From the IMG/VR virus record IMGVR_UViG_3300031519_008340, positions 1-64,000 of that record: 64,000 nucleotides of DNA; one strand, written 5' to 3'. The notes under the pieces are model-generated. The model did no database searches, had not been told where the DNA came from, and saw only the letters and a list, made by a program, of their open reading frames with translations. The position numbers were made by a program, and so were the translations under genes. Within the stretch, counting starts at the first letter, position 1. Every line of letters starts with the position of its first letter. The DNA comes from a virus. Lineage: Duplodnaviria; Caudoviricetes. This document shows, piece by piece, positions 35,911 through 46,728 of the stretch.

Positions 35911-36233
35911 TATTTTCCTTTAAAATATTTGTCAATTTTGTTTTCTTCATTCTGATGTTTTTCATAATCAGGCATTGGATCTTTTTTTGTTGTAATCTGT
36001 TGCCATTGTTTCGCCCATTCTCCGTTGAACTTTACCCATTCCTCCGTGCCTTCTTCGTTGTCTGACTTTATTGCGTCTTCAGGACACTCAGGTTCGCATA
36101 CGCCACAATCAATACATTCATCTGGATTAATGACCAGCATATTTTCTCCTTCATAGAAACAGTCAACAGGACAAACTTCTACACAACTTGTATGTTTACA
36201 TAGAATACATTTGTCGTTAACAATGTATGTCAT
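35910..36233 (-). CDS. fdxA: 7Fe ferredoxin (FdxA type)
   Basis: [18 protein letters not shown]...[12 protein letters not shown]. Confidence 0.96.
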   Translation of the reverse strand: MTYIVNDKCILCKHTSCVEVCPVDCFYEGENMLVINPDECIDCGVCEPECPEDAIKSDNEEGTEEWVKFNGEWAKQWQQITTKKDPMPDYEKHQNEENKIDKYFKGK

Positions 36234-37216
36234 TACAAACCTAATATGGATTTAAATCTTTTATAAACTGTGCCGTCTTTGATTTCTTTAATGCTCCACA
36301 TCTTGTATCCTAAATCATGCAACCATTGCGTTCTATCAGGCATTTCTGGAGTTTCAATCTTTGTTAAATCTTTATTTGCTACAGGCCAACAAAGTGCAAG
36401 ATCGCTAGTACAAAAGGTAGGAATCCCCCTAATGCAGGAGTCAGTTGAGGCAGTAGAATTGTGAGTAACAACAGCATGGCAATTAGTTATTGCTTGTTGG
36501 AAATGAAATCTATAGTGCTTTTTCTCATCTCCTTTAAAATGTTTTTCTCCAATATGCACATCAACATCACTTGGAAATTCGTTACGTCTCTGTTCAATGT
36601 TAGCAACATTATTTGGATGTGGTCGAACAATAAACTTTCTTTTTGTAAGTGGCCTTAATTTTTTATACACGTCTTTAAACCAATCTATTGGATCTAGTTC
36701 GTTCATGCTCCAGTTGTCTTTTGGTTGTAAAACAAACAATATAGGATCTTCTAAATTTGATTTTCTCCACTCTTCGTGTTTAACATTGAAAAGTTTTTTC
36801 ATCATTTCCCATCTATCAGAGGGTGAATTATTTGATAAAAAGTTTCCGTTATTCATAGGAGTGTTTAAAGCAACTCTAAAATGGTGATCTGGTGATGTAG
36901 AAACATTGCCAAAGCTAGACAGCACTCCGCCATCAAAAGTAATAACGTGTGTACCTTTTTTCTTTGCTCTTTCAACTAGATCTAATCTTCTTCCTTTGGT
37001 GTGATGTCTTTGATTTGTACCACCGTAACCAAACATTACGGCTATAGGTGCTGTTGGTTCCATTTCATTTTCTACAGTTGGGCCAGTTAACCTTTCGTTT
37101 ACAATTACTGGTTCGTCTCCAGCCGCTTTGACTCCTTCAGCCATTTGATACAGTAGCTCATAACTGTTGCCTCTTCTACGATCTTTAACTGTTCTTCTAA
37201 ATATTTCAACCTTCAT
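36233..37216 (-). CDS. GT-B glycosyltransferase, capsule polysaccharide biosynthesis-like
   Basis: [25 protein letters not shown]. Confidence 0.75.
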   Translation of the reverse strand: MKVEIFRRTVKDRRRGNSYELLYQMAEGVKAAGDEPVIVNERLTGPTVENEMEPTAPIAVMFGYGGTNQRHHTKGRRLDLVERAKKKGTHVITFDGGVLSSFGNVSTSPDHHFRVALNTPMNNGNFLSNNSPSDRWEMMKKLFNVKHEEWRKSNLEDPILFVLQPKDNWSMNELDPIDWFKDVYKKLRPLTKRKFIVRPHPNNVANIEQRRNEFPSDVDVHIGEKHFKGDEKKHYRFHFQQAITNCHAVVTHNSTASTDSCIRGIPTFCTSDLALCWPVANKDLTKIETPEMPDRTQWLHDLGYKMWSIKEIKDGTVYKRFKSILGL

Positions 37217-38054
37217 TTTTATTTACAAATACTAATTCTAGCATTGCCTTTAATCTTTTTCTATTGATGAAAACATAATTATCTTTGCTCATTTTAGCAC
37301 ACATTTCTCTTATGTCGTTAAAATTGTCTTCGTAACTTCCGGTTAATCCTAGCTCCACTTCTGTTGCCCATACTTTAAATTTTATCTTTTTATCTAACAT
37401 TTCATTTGCAAACTCTTTCCAAAATCCTTCAATGTCTGTTTTTACTATGTCCAATTCTTGTAGATTTTTTTCCTGCATCAAAGTTTCAAGATTTTTAAAT
37501 TTTACATCAACACTTTGTTTTGTGCCAGTAGGATCAAAGGCACTAAAACTTTTTGTGTGTGCTTGAACCGGAGCAAATTTGTCAGTGTTATTCATTTTAA
37601 TTGCTTTATAATAAAACTTTCTTGTTCCATTAGTTGGAGCATAGCCAATTGCAGTATAGTTTATTTTTTTATTGATCCTTTTATTCCATTCTTTCCATGA
37701 CGCAACTTTGTACTTTTCTACAATTTCTTGTTGAATATTTTTTAATTCTTTTTTGCCACTTGCTTTTATAATGCCATATATATTTGTTTGTGTCCACGGA
37801 GTAGGATCAAAAAGTTCAACTTCTAAGTTAGGATTATCAGTTAGTAAAAGTTTTTCAAAGCCAACATCACCTCCAACACCAAAACTCATAACGCTACTAG
37901 ATTTTAAAACAATTTCTTTTGGTAAAAAATAATTTCTATAACGCTTAAAATTGTGCTTTGTTGGAGCAATCTCTTTTTCTAGTATTCTTATTTTTTCTAC
38001 TATTTCTTTATGTTCGGGTTTTAATCTATCAGCCATGTAATATATTCCATGCAA
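37206..38054 (-). CDS. FkbM-like methyltransferase
   Basis: SFGVGGDVGFE, LFDPTP, VKTDIEG. Confidence 0.75.
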   Translation of the reverse strand: MHGIYYMADRLKPEHKEIVEKIRILEKEIAPTKHNFKRYRNYFLPKEIVLKSSSVMSFGVGGDVGFEKLLLTDNPNLEVELFDPTPWTQTNIYGIIKASGKKELKNIQQEIVEKYKVASWKEWNKRINKKINYTAIGYAPTNGTRKFYYKAIKMNNTDKFAPVQAHTKSFSAFDPTGTKQSVDVKFKNLETLMQEKNLQELDIVKTDIEGFWKEFANEMLDKKIKFKVWATEVELGLTGSYEDNFNDIREMCAKMSKDNYVFINRKRLKAMLELVFVNKNEG

Positions 38055-38892
38055 CTCCTTTTTGCATTTCTTCCATTGTAAAATTATTATACGCTAAATT
38101 GGAAAACAATGCAATCCTATCTTCATATTTTGGAGTTTCAATTTTACTAAAATCAGTTTCTGAAATTGGTAAAGCCGCACTGTTGTCTGTGTCACAGAAC
38201 ACAGGTACTCCATTAGTTAGACTCGCAATCATAGTGTTGCTGTTATAAAGCACTGTTGCAAAATAGTCATTCCAATTGATTAATCCTTGGTGGTTCGTGG
38301 GCTTATCAATTTTTACAGTGGCGCCAACATGGTCAACTGCAATTGTTGGATTGTATGGCTTTTCTCTAATGTCAATTTCTCTATCTGTGCTATTTTTTAA
38401 TGTTTTTATTGTATCATCTAACCAACTTTGTGCATTGAAATGATTTGCTACTGCATTTGTAGGAGGCAAAACTAAAATTTTCTTTCCTGCTTTGTTCCAC
38501 GGTTTTAAATCTCTTTTGAAATATTTTTCATATCGATCAGGTTTATCTGTTATCATTTTGTTTTGACAGTGTGCATTCTTTGTAATTCGCAACCAGTGAG
38601 GTTTATCATGAGCATTTGTAAAATAGCCATGGTCCATAAAATAAAAATCACGATTTTCTTTCTCACACCATTTATATACTTCACCGGATCCTGCAAGAAT
38701 TCCGTACATTACTAAATGTTCAGGAGGCAATTCTTTAAGGTCTCTAAAGTTATAAATTTTGTATTCGCCTGGAGTGCCTTTTACAAAGGATTCTACATAT
38801 CTTTGTGTTCGTGGTTTAGTTGTATGAATACCAGCAACGTTTATCATTCTTTTATCCCTGCCTCTTCCATTGAGTTTTTTAAATATGTCCAT
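38029..38892 (-). CDS. GT-B glycosyltransferase, capsule polysaccharide biosynthesis-like
   Basis: FMDHGYF, LVLPP, IREKP, NSNT...GVPVF, NNFTMEEM..G.AW. Confidence 0.75.
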   Translation of the reverse strand: MDIFKKLNGRGRDKRMINVAGIHTTKPRTQRYVESFVKGTPGEYKIYNFRDLKELPPEHLVMYGILAGSGEVYKWCEKENRDFYFMDHGYFTNAHDKPHWLRITKNAHCQNKMITDKPDRYEKYFKRDLKPWNKAGKKILVLPPTNAVANHFNAQSWLDDTIKTLKNSTDREIDIREKPYNPTIAVDHVGATVKIDKPTNHQGLINWNDYFATVLYNSNTMIASLTNGVPVFCDTDNSAALPISETDFSKIETPKYEDRIALFSNLAYNNFTMEEMQKGVAWNILHG

Positions 38893-39968
38893 TGTAAATC
38901 AAACTTAAACAAGTCATTTAGCCGTTTTACTCCCGGGGGCTTTTTCCCATCAATCAACTCTTCTTCTTTTATATCAGGACAACGTGTAGTAAACGGCAGG
39001 TCCAAATGATGTGCTAGTACTGGATAAACTTTTTTACCTAGCATAGTATCTCTTTGAAATTCTAAAATTCTTGTGCCTGATTGGCACCATAATAAATTTG
39101 TAAGGCCAGCGCCATGTGGTGCAATTATAGATTTTGCTTCTGCAAAAATTTGCATTTGTTTTCCTATAGGTAATTTTTCTAGTTGAACAAATTCCCAACC
39201 TTTTAATTTCATAAACAGTGCTTGTTCGTTTTGTATATGTCTTGCTACAGCATTTTTTCTACTGATCCATAACTTCCTAAATGGTTTTACTTTAATTTTT
39301 GGTGAAAATTTGTGTCTTAGCCATCGCACCATGTCAGCATTTGTGATACCGTCATGAACGTTGCTCATTGATGGCACTAGTAAATGTTTGAACGCCCAAG
39401 TTTCACCTCTGGGCATTACATAATATTTTAAATTAGGAAAACAATGCTTGGCAACTTTATCAAAATAGGCACTTCTATTTGGCAATATTGGAACAATTGA
39501 TTGCCAACTACGGCCATATCTTTTTTCTATCAATCTAAATTTTGATATTAAATCTATCCATATGTGCCATGGATTGCCTGCACTTTCTTTATCAATTGGC
39601 AACCACACATAGGTATCCTGTTCGTTAAACGTCTTTGAAACTTCAGGAATTTTTAGGTCAATGTGGCTTCTATTTTTTTGATTCCATGGCATGCTCCACA
39701 GGCCGTGTTTGTATGGTTTGGCCTTAAACTTAGATAGTATTGGCCAAATATGATCACTAATAATTTCATTATCTTCTGTGTGCAAGAGTGGCAACGTATG
39801 CGCTTTTACATTATTAAATTCTATCATAAAAGTTGGCGGACTACTAAAAACTCTAAAAGGTTGGTCTTTGTGGTAATCTACTTTGTAAACATCACCATTA
39901 TCAATTTTGTCACCGCGCTTAAGAAACCAGTTTTTACTTTCAATTATTTTTGTGAGTGAACTCATCAA
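38844..39968 (-). CDS. glycosyltransferase family 61 / DUF563
   Basis: LWISRKNAVAR, IAPHGAGLTNLLW. Confidence 0.85.
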   Translation of the reverse strand: MMSSLTKIIESKNWFLKRGDKIDNGDVYKVDYHKDQPFRVFSSPPTFMIEFNNVKAHTLPLLHTEDNEIISDHIWPILSKFKAKPYKHGLWSMPWNQKNRSHIDLKIPEVSKTFNEQDTYVWLPIDKESAGNPWHIWIDLISKFRLIEKRYGRSWQSIVPILPNRSAYFDKVAKHCFPNLKYYVMPRGETWAFKHLLVPSMSNVHDGITNADMVRWLRHKFSPKIKVKPFRKLWISRKNAVARHIQNEQALFMKLKGWEFVQLEKLPIGKQMQIFAEAKSIIAPHGAGLTNLLWCQSGTRILEFQRDTMLGKKVYPVLAHHLDLPFTTRCPDIKEEELIDGKKPPGVKRLNDLFKFDLQWTYLKNSMEEAGIKE

Positions 39969-40828
39969 CAGTAATTATCGTGCATTGCCACACCCTATTA
40001 AATAACAGCATGGACCAATTCACAGAGCGTTATGGCTCAAATAATTTTAAACGTGGCTATATACCAGAACCTTTTGGTAAAGATCAATACATCACAGATC
40101 CGTTTGAAAAACTAGATTATACAGCAAACAGTTATATCCAATGGGATAACTTTAAGGACTGTCAAATTAAAAGCAACAAATATGATTATCGAATTCTTAT
40201 CAGTGGTGGTGACACTGTGTATGGCAAGGACAAATGGCCTTTTGCAGTTTTTAAAGCACTTGTTGAAAAAGAATTAAAAAATCAAATACCGTCACTTAAA
40301 CGGGTGGCAATTTTTAATCTTAGTTTACCTGGTGCTGACAATGATTGGACTGCAAAATCAATCATGAATGCATATCATATTTTACATCCTGACTTTGTTT
40401 GTGCAGTATGGCAACCAGGACAGAATCAATATGAATTTGAAAAGTTGCAATATATGATGGATTGTTTCTTCTTAATGATTCAAAGAAAATACAACGCATT
40501 GAATAAACAAGATTCAAAGCAAAGAACAATAGACTATAATCCATTAATGGCCGATGACCCATTGAGAGATTATAGTACTAAAGTATTCAAATACGTAGTA
40601 GGACACATTAAGAGATTAAAAAATTTACACTTCAGTAAAGAATTGCCAGCAAAAAAACAAATAAAATTAATTGATGATGATGGAAAAAATTGTGTAATTA
40701 ATGATCCTTTATTGTTTGCAAGACATTTAAAAGATTATCATATAAAACAAAAAAGAAGAAAGTGTTATGCTTTTAATGGCACATGGAGTGTAGATGAAGA
40801 TCTAGTTAGAAAGGTGCAAACAAAATAA
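39956..40828 (+). CDS. divergent SGNH-like protein
   Basis: ISGGDTVYG and NLSLPGADN, homologous in layout to 12925..13653. Confidence 0.55.
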   Translation: MNSSTVIIVHCHTLLNNSMDQFTERYGSNNFKRGYIPEPFGKDQYITDPFEKLDYTANSYIQWDNFKDCQIKSNKYDYRILISGGDTVYGKDKWPFAVFKALVEKELKNQIPSLKRVAIFNLSLPGADNDWTAKSIMNAYHILHPDFVCAVWQPGQNQYEFEKLQYMMDCFFLMIQRKYNALNKQDSKQRTIDYNPLMADDPLRDYSTKVFKYVVGHIKRLKNLHFSKELPAKKQIKLIDDDGKNCVINDPLLFARHLKDYHIKQKRRKCYAFNGTWSVDEDLVRKVQTK

Positions 40829-41494
40829 ATGAAGATATTCTCAAATGGTTGTAGTTTTTTAGGGCCAAGACCAAAAGATGGCATAGAAACATATACTACT
40901 AAAGTGATTGCAGACAACTGGCAAGTTCCATTAATTGATTCAGCCGCAGGTGGTAGAGGTAACGATAGAATATGCTTTACAACAAAATTATTTTTTGCAC
41001 AAAATAAAGAAAAGTTTTTTGCTATTATTGGGTGGAGCAGTGCTGAACGAATGGATTATGTAACGAATGACGGATGGAAAGCAGGACGTTTTCCTTGGAG
41101 TAAAACAACTTGGCGTACTTGGAAAGTACAAGAACCAACTGCATTAAGATTTGTAATGAAACAAAAAGGATACGATATTGAAATGACTTCTGCAAAAAGA
41201 ATTGTAACACAGGTTTTAGATTTACAAAACTTTTTTAAGTTGAACGATATAGAGTATGTAATGTACAATTCACTTAAACAAAATTGGGGATTAACAAATC
41301 CTGATATGAAAATACTATACGATCAAATAGATAAAAAAAGATATTTTAAAATTGATTATTCTCAGCAGGAATACATTCACAAACACGGTTATATAAGTTC
41401 AAAAAATGATCCGCACCCAAATACACAAGGGCACACACTATGGGCAAAACAACTAATGGAGTTTATTGATGCTAACAATTTACGCACCAAGTAA
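40829..41494 (+). CDS. SGNH hydrolase-like protein
   Basis: SNGCSF, GGRGNDRI, DPHPNTQGH. Confidence 0.8.
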   Translation: MKIFSNGCSFLGPRPKDGIETYTTKVIADNWQVPLIDSAAGGRGNDRICFTTKLFFAQNKEKFFAIIGWSSAERMDYVTNDGWKAGRFPWSKTTWRTWKVQEPTALRFVMKQKGYDIEMTSAKRIVTQVLDLQNFFKLNDIEYVMYNSLKQNWGLTNPDMKILYDQIDKKRYFKIDYSQQEYIHKHGYISSKNDPHPNTQGHTLWAKQLMEFIDANNLRTK

Positions 41495-42287
41495 TAAACC
41501 ACAGAGTAAATGTTGGGAAGTTTTTAAAGGCATACAAACAAGCTGGCCATCTGCAGTAAAAATTGCAGACAACAGTTTGCCTTACTATCTAAACGACGAC
41601 AACGACTCTATGTTTTGGGGTCTTGTCAATAATAACACTAATCTTATACATCAAATTGCAGAACGCGGACAAACTTATTGGTTTACAGATACTCCGTATT
41701 TTGGAAGATTTGACAACAACAATTTACAACCCAACAATCATTATTGGAGATTTTGTAAGGACAATATCCATACAACAAAAATTTTAGATTGTGACTCTGA
41801 TAGATTTAAAAAATTTAATATTACTGTTAAAGAACATAATCCGGGAAAAGAATATATTTTAATTTGTCCTAGTAGTGCAGGAGTTCATTTGTATCTTGGA
41901 GTGCCAAATTGGCTTGATGAGACAATCAAAGAAATAAAAAAACACACAGATCGTCCAATTAAGATTAGAAATAAACCAAGAGGAAAAGGAACCAGTGGTC
42001 CTGCTGTAGCTACCATACCCTTAGCAGAAGATCTAAAAAATGCTTACTGTTGTGTGACAAGTTGTAGTATTAGTGCTGTTGAATCTTTAGCGACAGGAAT
42101 TCCTGTTATATGTAGCACAAGAAGTTTTGCTTCGCCAATTGCAGAAACAAATCTAAATAATATAGAAAAACCTCTTTATCATGAACCTACAAAATGGCTG
42201 AACAGTTTGGCTTATCAACAATTTACGCCAGAAGAATATGCAAACGGCACTGCTATATCAATTTTAAAAAATTTTAAGATTATCTAA
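41466..42287 (+). CDS. GT-B glycosyltransferase, capsule polysaccharide biosynthesis-like
   Basis: FTDTPYFG, LICPSS, IRNKP, SISAVESLATGIP, QQFTPEE. Confidence 0.75.
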   Translation: MMLTIYAPSNKPQSKCWEVFKGIQTSWPSAVKIADNSLPYYLNDDNDSMFWGLVNNNTNLIHQIAERGQTYWFTDTPYFGRFDNNNLQPNNHYWRFCKDNIHTTKILDCDSDRFKKFNITVKEHNPGKEYILICPSSAGVHLYLGVPNWLDETIKEIKKHTDRPIKIRNKPRGKGTSGPAVATIPLAEDLKNAYCCVTSCSISAVESLATGIPVICSTRSFASPIAETNLNNIEKPLYHEPTKWLNSLAYQQFTPEEYANGTAISILKNFKII

Positions 42288-42739
42288 TATTTACAAAGTA
42301 AGTCTAGTCTTTTTCCAGTCTCGGGGTCAAATTCTAATCTCACATTTAATAATTTTGTACCGGCTTTGTTTTTTTTAGGATTTTTTAGTTGCCAATTTAA
42401 TTTCCTCTTACACAAAAGCATATAATTTGGCGATATAGTAACATCGTGTCCGTCAATCATAATTGATACGTTAGTACGATCTGTGCGTTGTAAAAAGAAG
42501 TATGTACCATACCATGTGTCATCGTTTTCTCTATAATCCGCATGGATTTCTTCACACCAGGACAACATGGTTACGTCATTGTTTACTAAAAATTGTTCCC
42601 AAGCACCATATGTTGGCTTGCCCCAATGTTCGTATAAGGCATCGTATTTGTTAGGCTCTATAGGATGTGTGCATTTAATAAATTTATCTGTTTTTGGAGC
42701 AGTTTCTATTCTACCTAGTATTGGTGTTGTGTAACTCAT
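42284..42739 (-). CDS. hypothetical protein, possibly jelly-roll/2OG-oxygenase-like
   Basis: ORF track; only weak resemblance to neighbouring oxygenases. Confidence 0.55.
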   Translation of the reverse strand: MSYTTPILGRIETAPKTDKFIKCTHPIEPNKYDALYEHWGKPTYGAWEQFLVNNDVTMLSWCEEIHADYRENDDTWYGTYFFLQRTDRTNVSIMIDGHDVTISPNYMLLCKRKLNWQLKNPKKNKAGTKLLNVRLEFDPETGKRLDLLCKY

Positions 42740-42745
42740 ATTTTT

Positions 42746-44179
42746 TTAACCTACAGATCCTTCCATGCTTATTTCTAGCAGTTTATTTGCTTCTGCGGCA
42801 AACTCCATTGGTAATTTTTGAAATACTTCTTTACAAAAGCCACTAACCAACATATTAATTGTGTCTTCAGTTGGTATGCCTCTTTGCATACAGTAAAACA
42901 TCTGCTCGTCACTCAACTTGCTTGTGGTTGCTTCGTGTTCACAAGTTGAACTGCTGTTTCTATTTGATATCACAGGCACAGTTGAAGCACTACATCCTGA
43001 TCCCATCATTAAACTGTCACACTGAGTAAAGTTTCTACTGTTGGTTGCCCGTTTCATTATCTTTACTTCTCCACGATAGGTGTTGGCACTTTTGCCTGCA
43101 CTTATACCTTTTGATATGATTGTGCTTTTGGTGTTTTTGCCTATGTGTATCATTTTGGTTCCTGTGTCTGCTTGTTGTCTACCATTGGTCAAAGCCACAC
43201 TGTAAAATTCTCCCACACTGTGATCACCCATTAAAATACAACTTGGATACTTCCAAGTCAATCTAGATCCTGTTTCAAACTGTGTCCAAGTTATCTTACT
43301 GTGTTTTCCTATGCACTTGCCACGTTTGGTAACAAAGTTGTAGATACCACCTTTGCCTGTGATAGGATCTCCAGGATACCAATTCTGTATAGTTGAATAC
43401 TTTATTTCTGCATTATCCAACGCAACCAATTCAACATTGGCGGCATGCAATTGATTCTCATCTCTCATAGGTGCTGTACACCCTTCAAGGTAACTGACAT
43501 AACTGTCTCTTTCTGCTATGATAAGTGTTCTTTCAAATTGTCCTGTGTTGGCCGCATTTATTCTAAAGTATGTTGATAATTCCATTGGGCATCTTACTCC
43601 TGGTGGAATATACACAAAGGATCCGTCTGTGAACACTGCACTGTTTAAGGCCGCAAAACTATGGTCACTGATCGGGATTACCGAACCCAAATACTTTTTT
43701 ACTAGTTTAGGATGGTTCTGCACTGCTTCACTAAAACTGCAAAAGATGATTCCCATCTTTTTTAATTCATCTGAAAAGGTTGTAGCGACTGATACAGAAT
43801 CAAATACAGCGTCAACAGCCACTCCAGCAAGTTTTGATCTTTCATGTAAAGGTATTCCTAGTCTTTCAAAATCCTTCTTGATCTCAGGATCAACTTCATC
43901 ATATGATGCAGGGCCTTTTTTTGGTGCTGAGTAATAACTCATTGCTTGATAGTCAATGGGCTCAATGTCTAGGTTGGCCCAATTAGGTTTTTTTAAAATT
44001 TTCCATCTGTCAAATGCTTTTAGTCTAAAATTTAACAACCATTTAGGTTCTTTTTTAATTTTACTAATTTGTCTTACAGTATTTTCGTTAAGTCCAGGGG
44101 GTAAAGTTTCAGATTCTACGTTCGTAGTAAATCCTGCTTCATATTTTTTGTCTAGAGTTTTTTGAAGTACGTCCTGCAT
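42746..44179 (-). CDS. sufB: Fe-S cluster assembly scaffold SufB
   Basis: [49 protein letters not shown]. Confidence 0.97.
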   Translation of the reverse strand: MQDVLQKTLDKKYEAGFTTNVESETLPPGLNENTVRQISKIKKEPKWLLNFRLKAFDRWKILKKPNWANLDIEPIDYQAMSYYSAPKKGPASYDEVDPEIKKDFERLGIPLHERSKLAGVAVDAVFDSVSVATTFSDELKKMGIIFCSFSEAVQNHPKLVKKYLGSVIPISDHSFAALNSAVFTDGSFVYIPPGVRCPMELSTYFRINAANTGQFERTLIIAERDSYVSYLEGCTAPMRDENQLHAANVELVALDNAEIKYSTIQNWYPGDPITGKGGIYNFVTKRGKCIGKHSKITWTQFETGSRLTWKYPSCILMGDHSVGEFYSVALTNGRQQADTGTKMIHIGKNTKSTIISKGISAGKSANTYRGEVKIMKRATNSRNFTQCDSLMMGSGCSASTVPVISNRNSSSTCEHEATTSKLSDEQMFYCMQRGIPTEDTINMLVSGFCKEVFQKLPMEFAAEANKLLEISMEGSVG

Positions 44180-44931
44180 TATACTTTTTTAATAGGAAAC
44201 ATTTTGTATTGTCTGTCTGTAACTTCAGCAATGATGTTTATGCTTAATCTTTCTGTCTCAGAATTTAATCTTGGAGTCACTCCATGCACAGCTCTATTTG
44301 TGTTTAAGAACATTACAAAACAATTTGGCTTATATTTTATAGTTTTAACAACTTCTCTTTTTGTTTTTTCTAACAGTTCTCTACCGTTTTGTCTTGATAC
44401 TTCAAACACAGGATCAGATTTGTAAATTACAAAATCTCCACCTTCTGCTTTATCTTCAGGTTTACGCATATACAATAGTCCTGCATAAATTTCAACAGGA
44501 TTATCCAAATGATCAGTTCTTGTTGTTTCTTTTACTGGATTATGTATAACAAATTGTGTTTCAGTAACAACTTTGCTTTCTCCCGAACCTCTTACAGCAA
44601 CTTTTTGTTGTTTTAAAAAGTCTATATGTTGTATATGTTTTTCAAACAAATTTAAAACCTTACTATAATATTCTTGGGAGGTATGAGCTTTAAAAAAGTT
44701 TTCCCAGTCTTCAGATACAGGCACAATTTTTTTATTCAATACATCATTAGACATATATCTAAAAGTGTGTCCGCCGATAATTTCAAGTTTGTCTTTTATT
44801 TCCTGTACTGGCCAATTGTTGTATAATTTTTTATATACGTCTTCGGGTAGTGCATCTTCTATTATTACGTGAGGATACGGATCTTCAAAGTAGTGTTTGG
44901 CAGGATCAAATTTGTCTAATACTGTAATCAT
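44179..44931 (-). CDS. 2OG-Fe(II) oxygenase
   Basis: DHLD (HxD), AGLLYMR, HGVTP, R-x-S; start trimmed to M at 44931 (TAATG overlap). Confidence 0.85.
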   Translation of the reverse strand: MITVLDKFDPAKHYFEDPYPHVIIEDALPEDVYKKLYNNWPVQEIKDKLEIIGGHTFRYMSNDVLNKKIVPVSEDWENFFKAHTSQEYYSKVLNLFEKHIQHIDFLKQQKVAVRGSGESKVVTETQFVIHNPVKETTRTDHLDNPVEIYAGLLYMRKPEDKAEGGDFVIYKSDPVFEVSRQNGRELLEKTKREVVKTIKYKPNCFVMFLNTNRAVHGVTPRLNSETERLSINIIAEVTDRQYKMFPIKKV

Positions 44932-45605
44932 TAACTTGAAAATAGGTTGATTAATTCTTTTTTCCACACGTCGGCATATTCGCACTCTCTGTATCCATCA
45001 AACCATGGACCACCCTCTGTGTAGTGTAGTATTTTTGGTTTGCCATCTTGTGGTTCTTTGTACCACTCAACAAGCCAATTGTATTCTAGAGGAAGTTGTC
45101 CAATTTCATTGTCTTCCAACCAACTAAATCTGTGTAAAAATTTTGCATCTTTTTCGTTTAGTAATTCTGGAGTGAGCAGTTTGTTCTTTGGATGTTCGCA
45201 GTTCCAAAGCACCATGCTTGACCAATTTTTTCTAGGATATACTGTTTGTACTTGCCCGTCCATTTTTGTGCCTTCTTTGGGTTTGTAATCGTGTTGCACA
45301 CAGACAACTGCTTTCGATGGGTCACAGTATTTTACTAATTCATGACTAGGAATTTGCCATACAAAATCACAATCACAAAACACTGCCCAACCTTTAAAAT
45401 CGTTTAGGTAAGGAATAAAAAATCTTGTAAATGTAAATTCTGTAGATGCTAATTTATCAACAGGTCTGGTGTACATACCCTGTTCTCTCATCTGTCTTTG
45501 TTTTAATGGTATAACTTCAGCTGATGGGTCTCTTCTTTTAATACTGTGTTCACACACTTGGTAAGCAATATCTTCTCTGCTGTCGTGTCCTACATAAACT
45601 TTCAT
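44931..45605 (-). CDS. GT-A glycosyltransferase (GT8-like)
   Basis: STEFTFTRF, FCDCDF, RKNWSS, LHYTEGGPW. Confidence 0.88.
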   Translation of the reverse strand: MKVYVGHDSREDIAYQVCEHSIKRRDPSAEVIPLKQRQMREQGMYTRPVDKLASTEFTFTRFFIPYLNDFKGWAVFCDCDFVWQIPSHELVKYCDPSKAVVCVQHDYKPKEGTKMDGQVQTVYPRKNWSSMVLWNCEHPKNKLLTPELLNEKDAKFLHRFSWLEDNEIGQLPLEYNWLVEWYKEPQDGKPKILHYTEGGPWFDGYRECEYADVWKKELINLFSS

Positions 45606-45634
45606 AGTCATATTTACACTATAAATATCAGCAC

Positions 45635-46360
45635 ATGAAAATTTCCGAACGTTGTAGAGCATATGAACAAAAGTTTCCTTTTACTCCTTGTGAGGGCGAT
45701 ACAAAAGTTGAAACAAATACCAAAGGGTGGAGTAGGCACAAACAATACAGCATACCTAACAGCATCAGAAACGAAAGTAGAATGTTCTGGTGTTTTGGTG
45801 TATCAAGAGAAATTAGATTTGAACTAGCTTGTAGAAAGTATAATAAAAAAGCAAAAATTTTAACTTTTGATCCAACACCGTTATCACAACAAACAGTAGA
45901 CAGTGCTAATAGAGGAAACTATAAAATTGAACATACACCAAAAGCATACGATACTGAAAGCGGAAAAACATTAAATTTTTATGCAATTGATGAAAGTTTA
46001 AAATGTTATCAATTAGACAAACCCGAAATATTTTACAACATAATAGAAGTAGAAACAATTAATTTAAAATCAATACTTGATACACATGGTCCTAATGTTG
46101 ATGTAATTAAATTAGACATTGAAGGACGTTGGTATGAAATGCTTAAAGAAATACAAGATTTAAAATTGCAACCAATAATAGTTTTAGTTGAGTGCGAAAT
46201 GTACATTGGCAACACTGATGAAGCATTTGCTAAACTAGACTCAATAGTAGAACTCTATGAACAAGCAGGGTACACTGTGCGTACTAACAGACAATTAAGA
46301 AATAATTCTAACTGTGTTGAACTTTGTTTTATTAAACAAGGACACGGAATAGAGCTTTAG
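45635..46360 (+). CDS. FkbM-like methyltransferase
   Basis: CFGVSREIRFE, TFDPTP, IKLDIEG; paralog of 37206..38054. Confidence 0.75.
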   Translation: MKISERCRAYEQKFPFTPCEGDTKVETNTKGWSRHKQYSIPNSIRNESRMFWCFGVSREIRFELACRKYNKKAKILTFDPTPLSQQTVDSANRGNYKIEHTPKAYDTESGKTLNFYAIDESLKCYQLDKPEIFYNIIEVETINLKSILDTHGPNVDVIKLDIEGRWYEMLKEIQDLKLQPIIVLVECEMYIGNTDEAFAKLDSIVELYEQAGYTVRTNRQLRNNSNCVELCFIKQGHGIEL

Positions 46361-46728
46361 TTTAGCTGTCCGCTGTCCCTCATTTTTTGTCTTATTTTAG
46401 TGGCTGATATTTTTTGAACTGCTTCTGGTAGCACAATTTCTTCTATTTTATAACCAACACCTCTGCCATAACATATATTTGTAATATTAGGCACTAAAAT
46501 AATTTTAAATTGTCCAGTATATTGTTCAAGTGCAGTTTCAATGTTAGCTTTTACAGTTTCAAAATCAAATGGATTGTCATCTATCCCTTTTACATCTCTA
46601 ACCATTATTAAAACTTGTCCTGTTTTCTTTAAGATTTCTTCAAATAGTTTTTGATGGCCCGCATGCCATGGTTGCCATCTGCCTAACATTTGTGCCGTTG
46701 GTTTTCTATTGTCCCAATTATTTTTCAT
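46357..46728 (-). CDS. cytidylyltransferase-like (HxGH) nucleotidyltransferase domain
   Basis: LGRWQPWHAGH, ISATKIR. Confidence 0.85.
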   Translation of the reverse strand: MKNNWDNRKPTAQMLGRWQPWHAGHQKLFEEILKKTGQVLIMVRDVKGIDDNPFDFETVKANIETALEQYTGQFKIILVPNITNICYGRGVGYKIEEIVLPEAVQKISATKIRQKMRDSGQLN

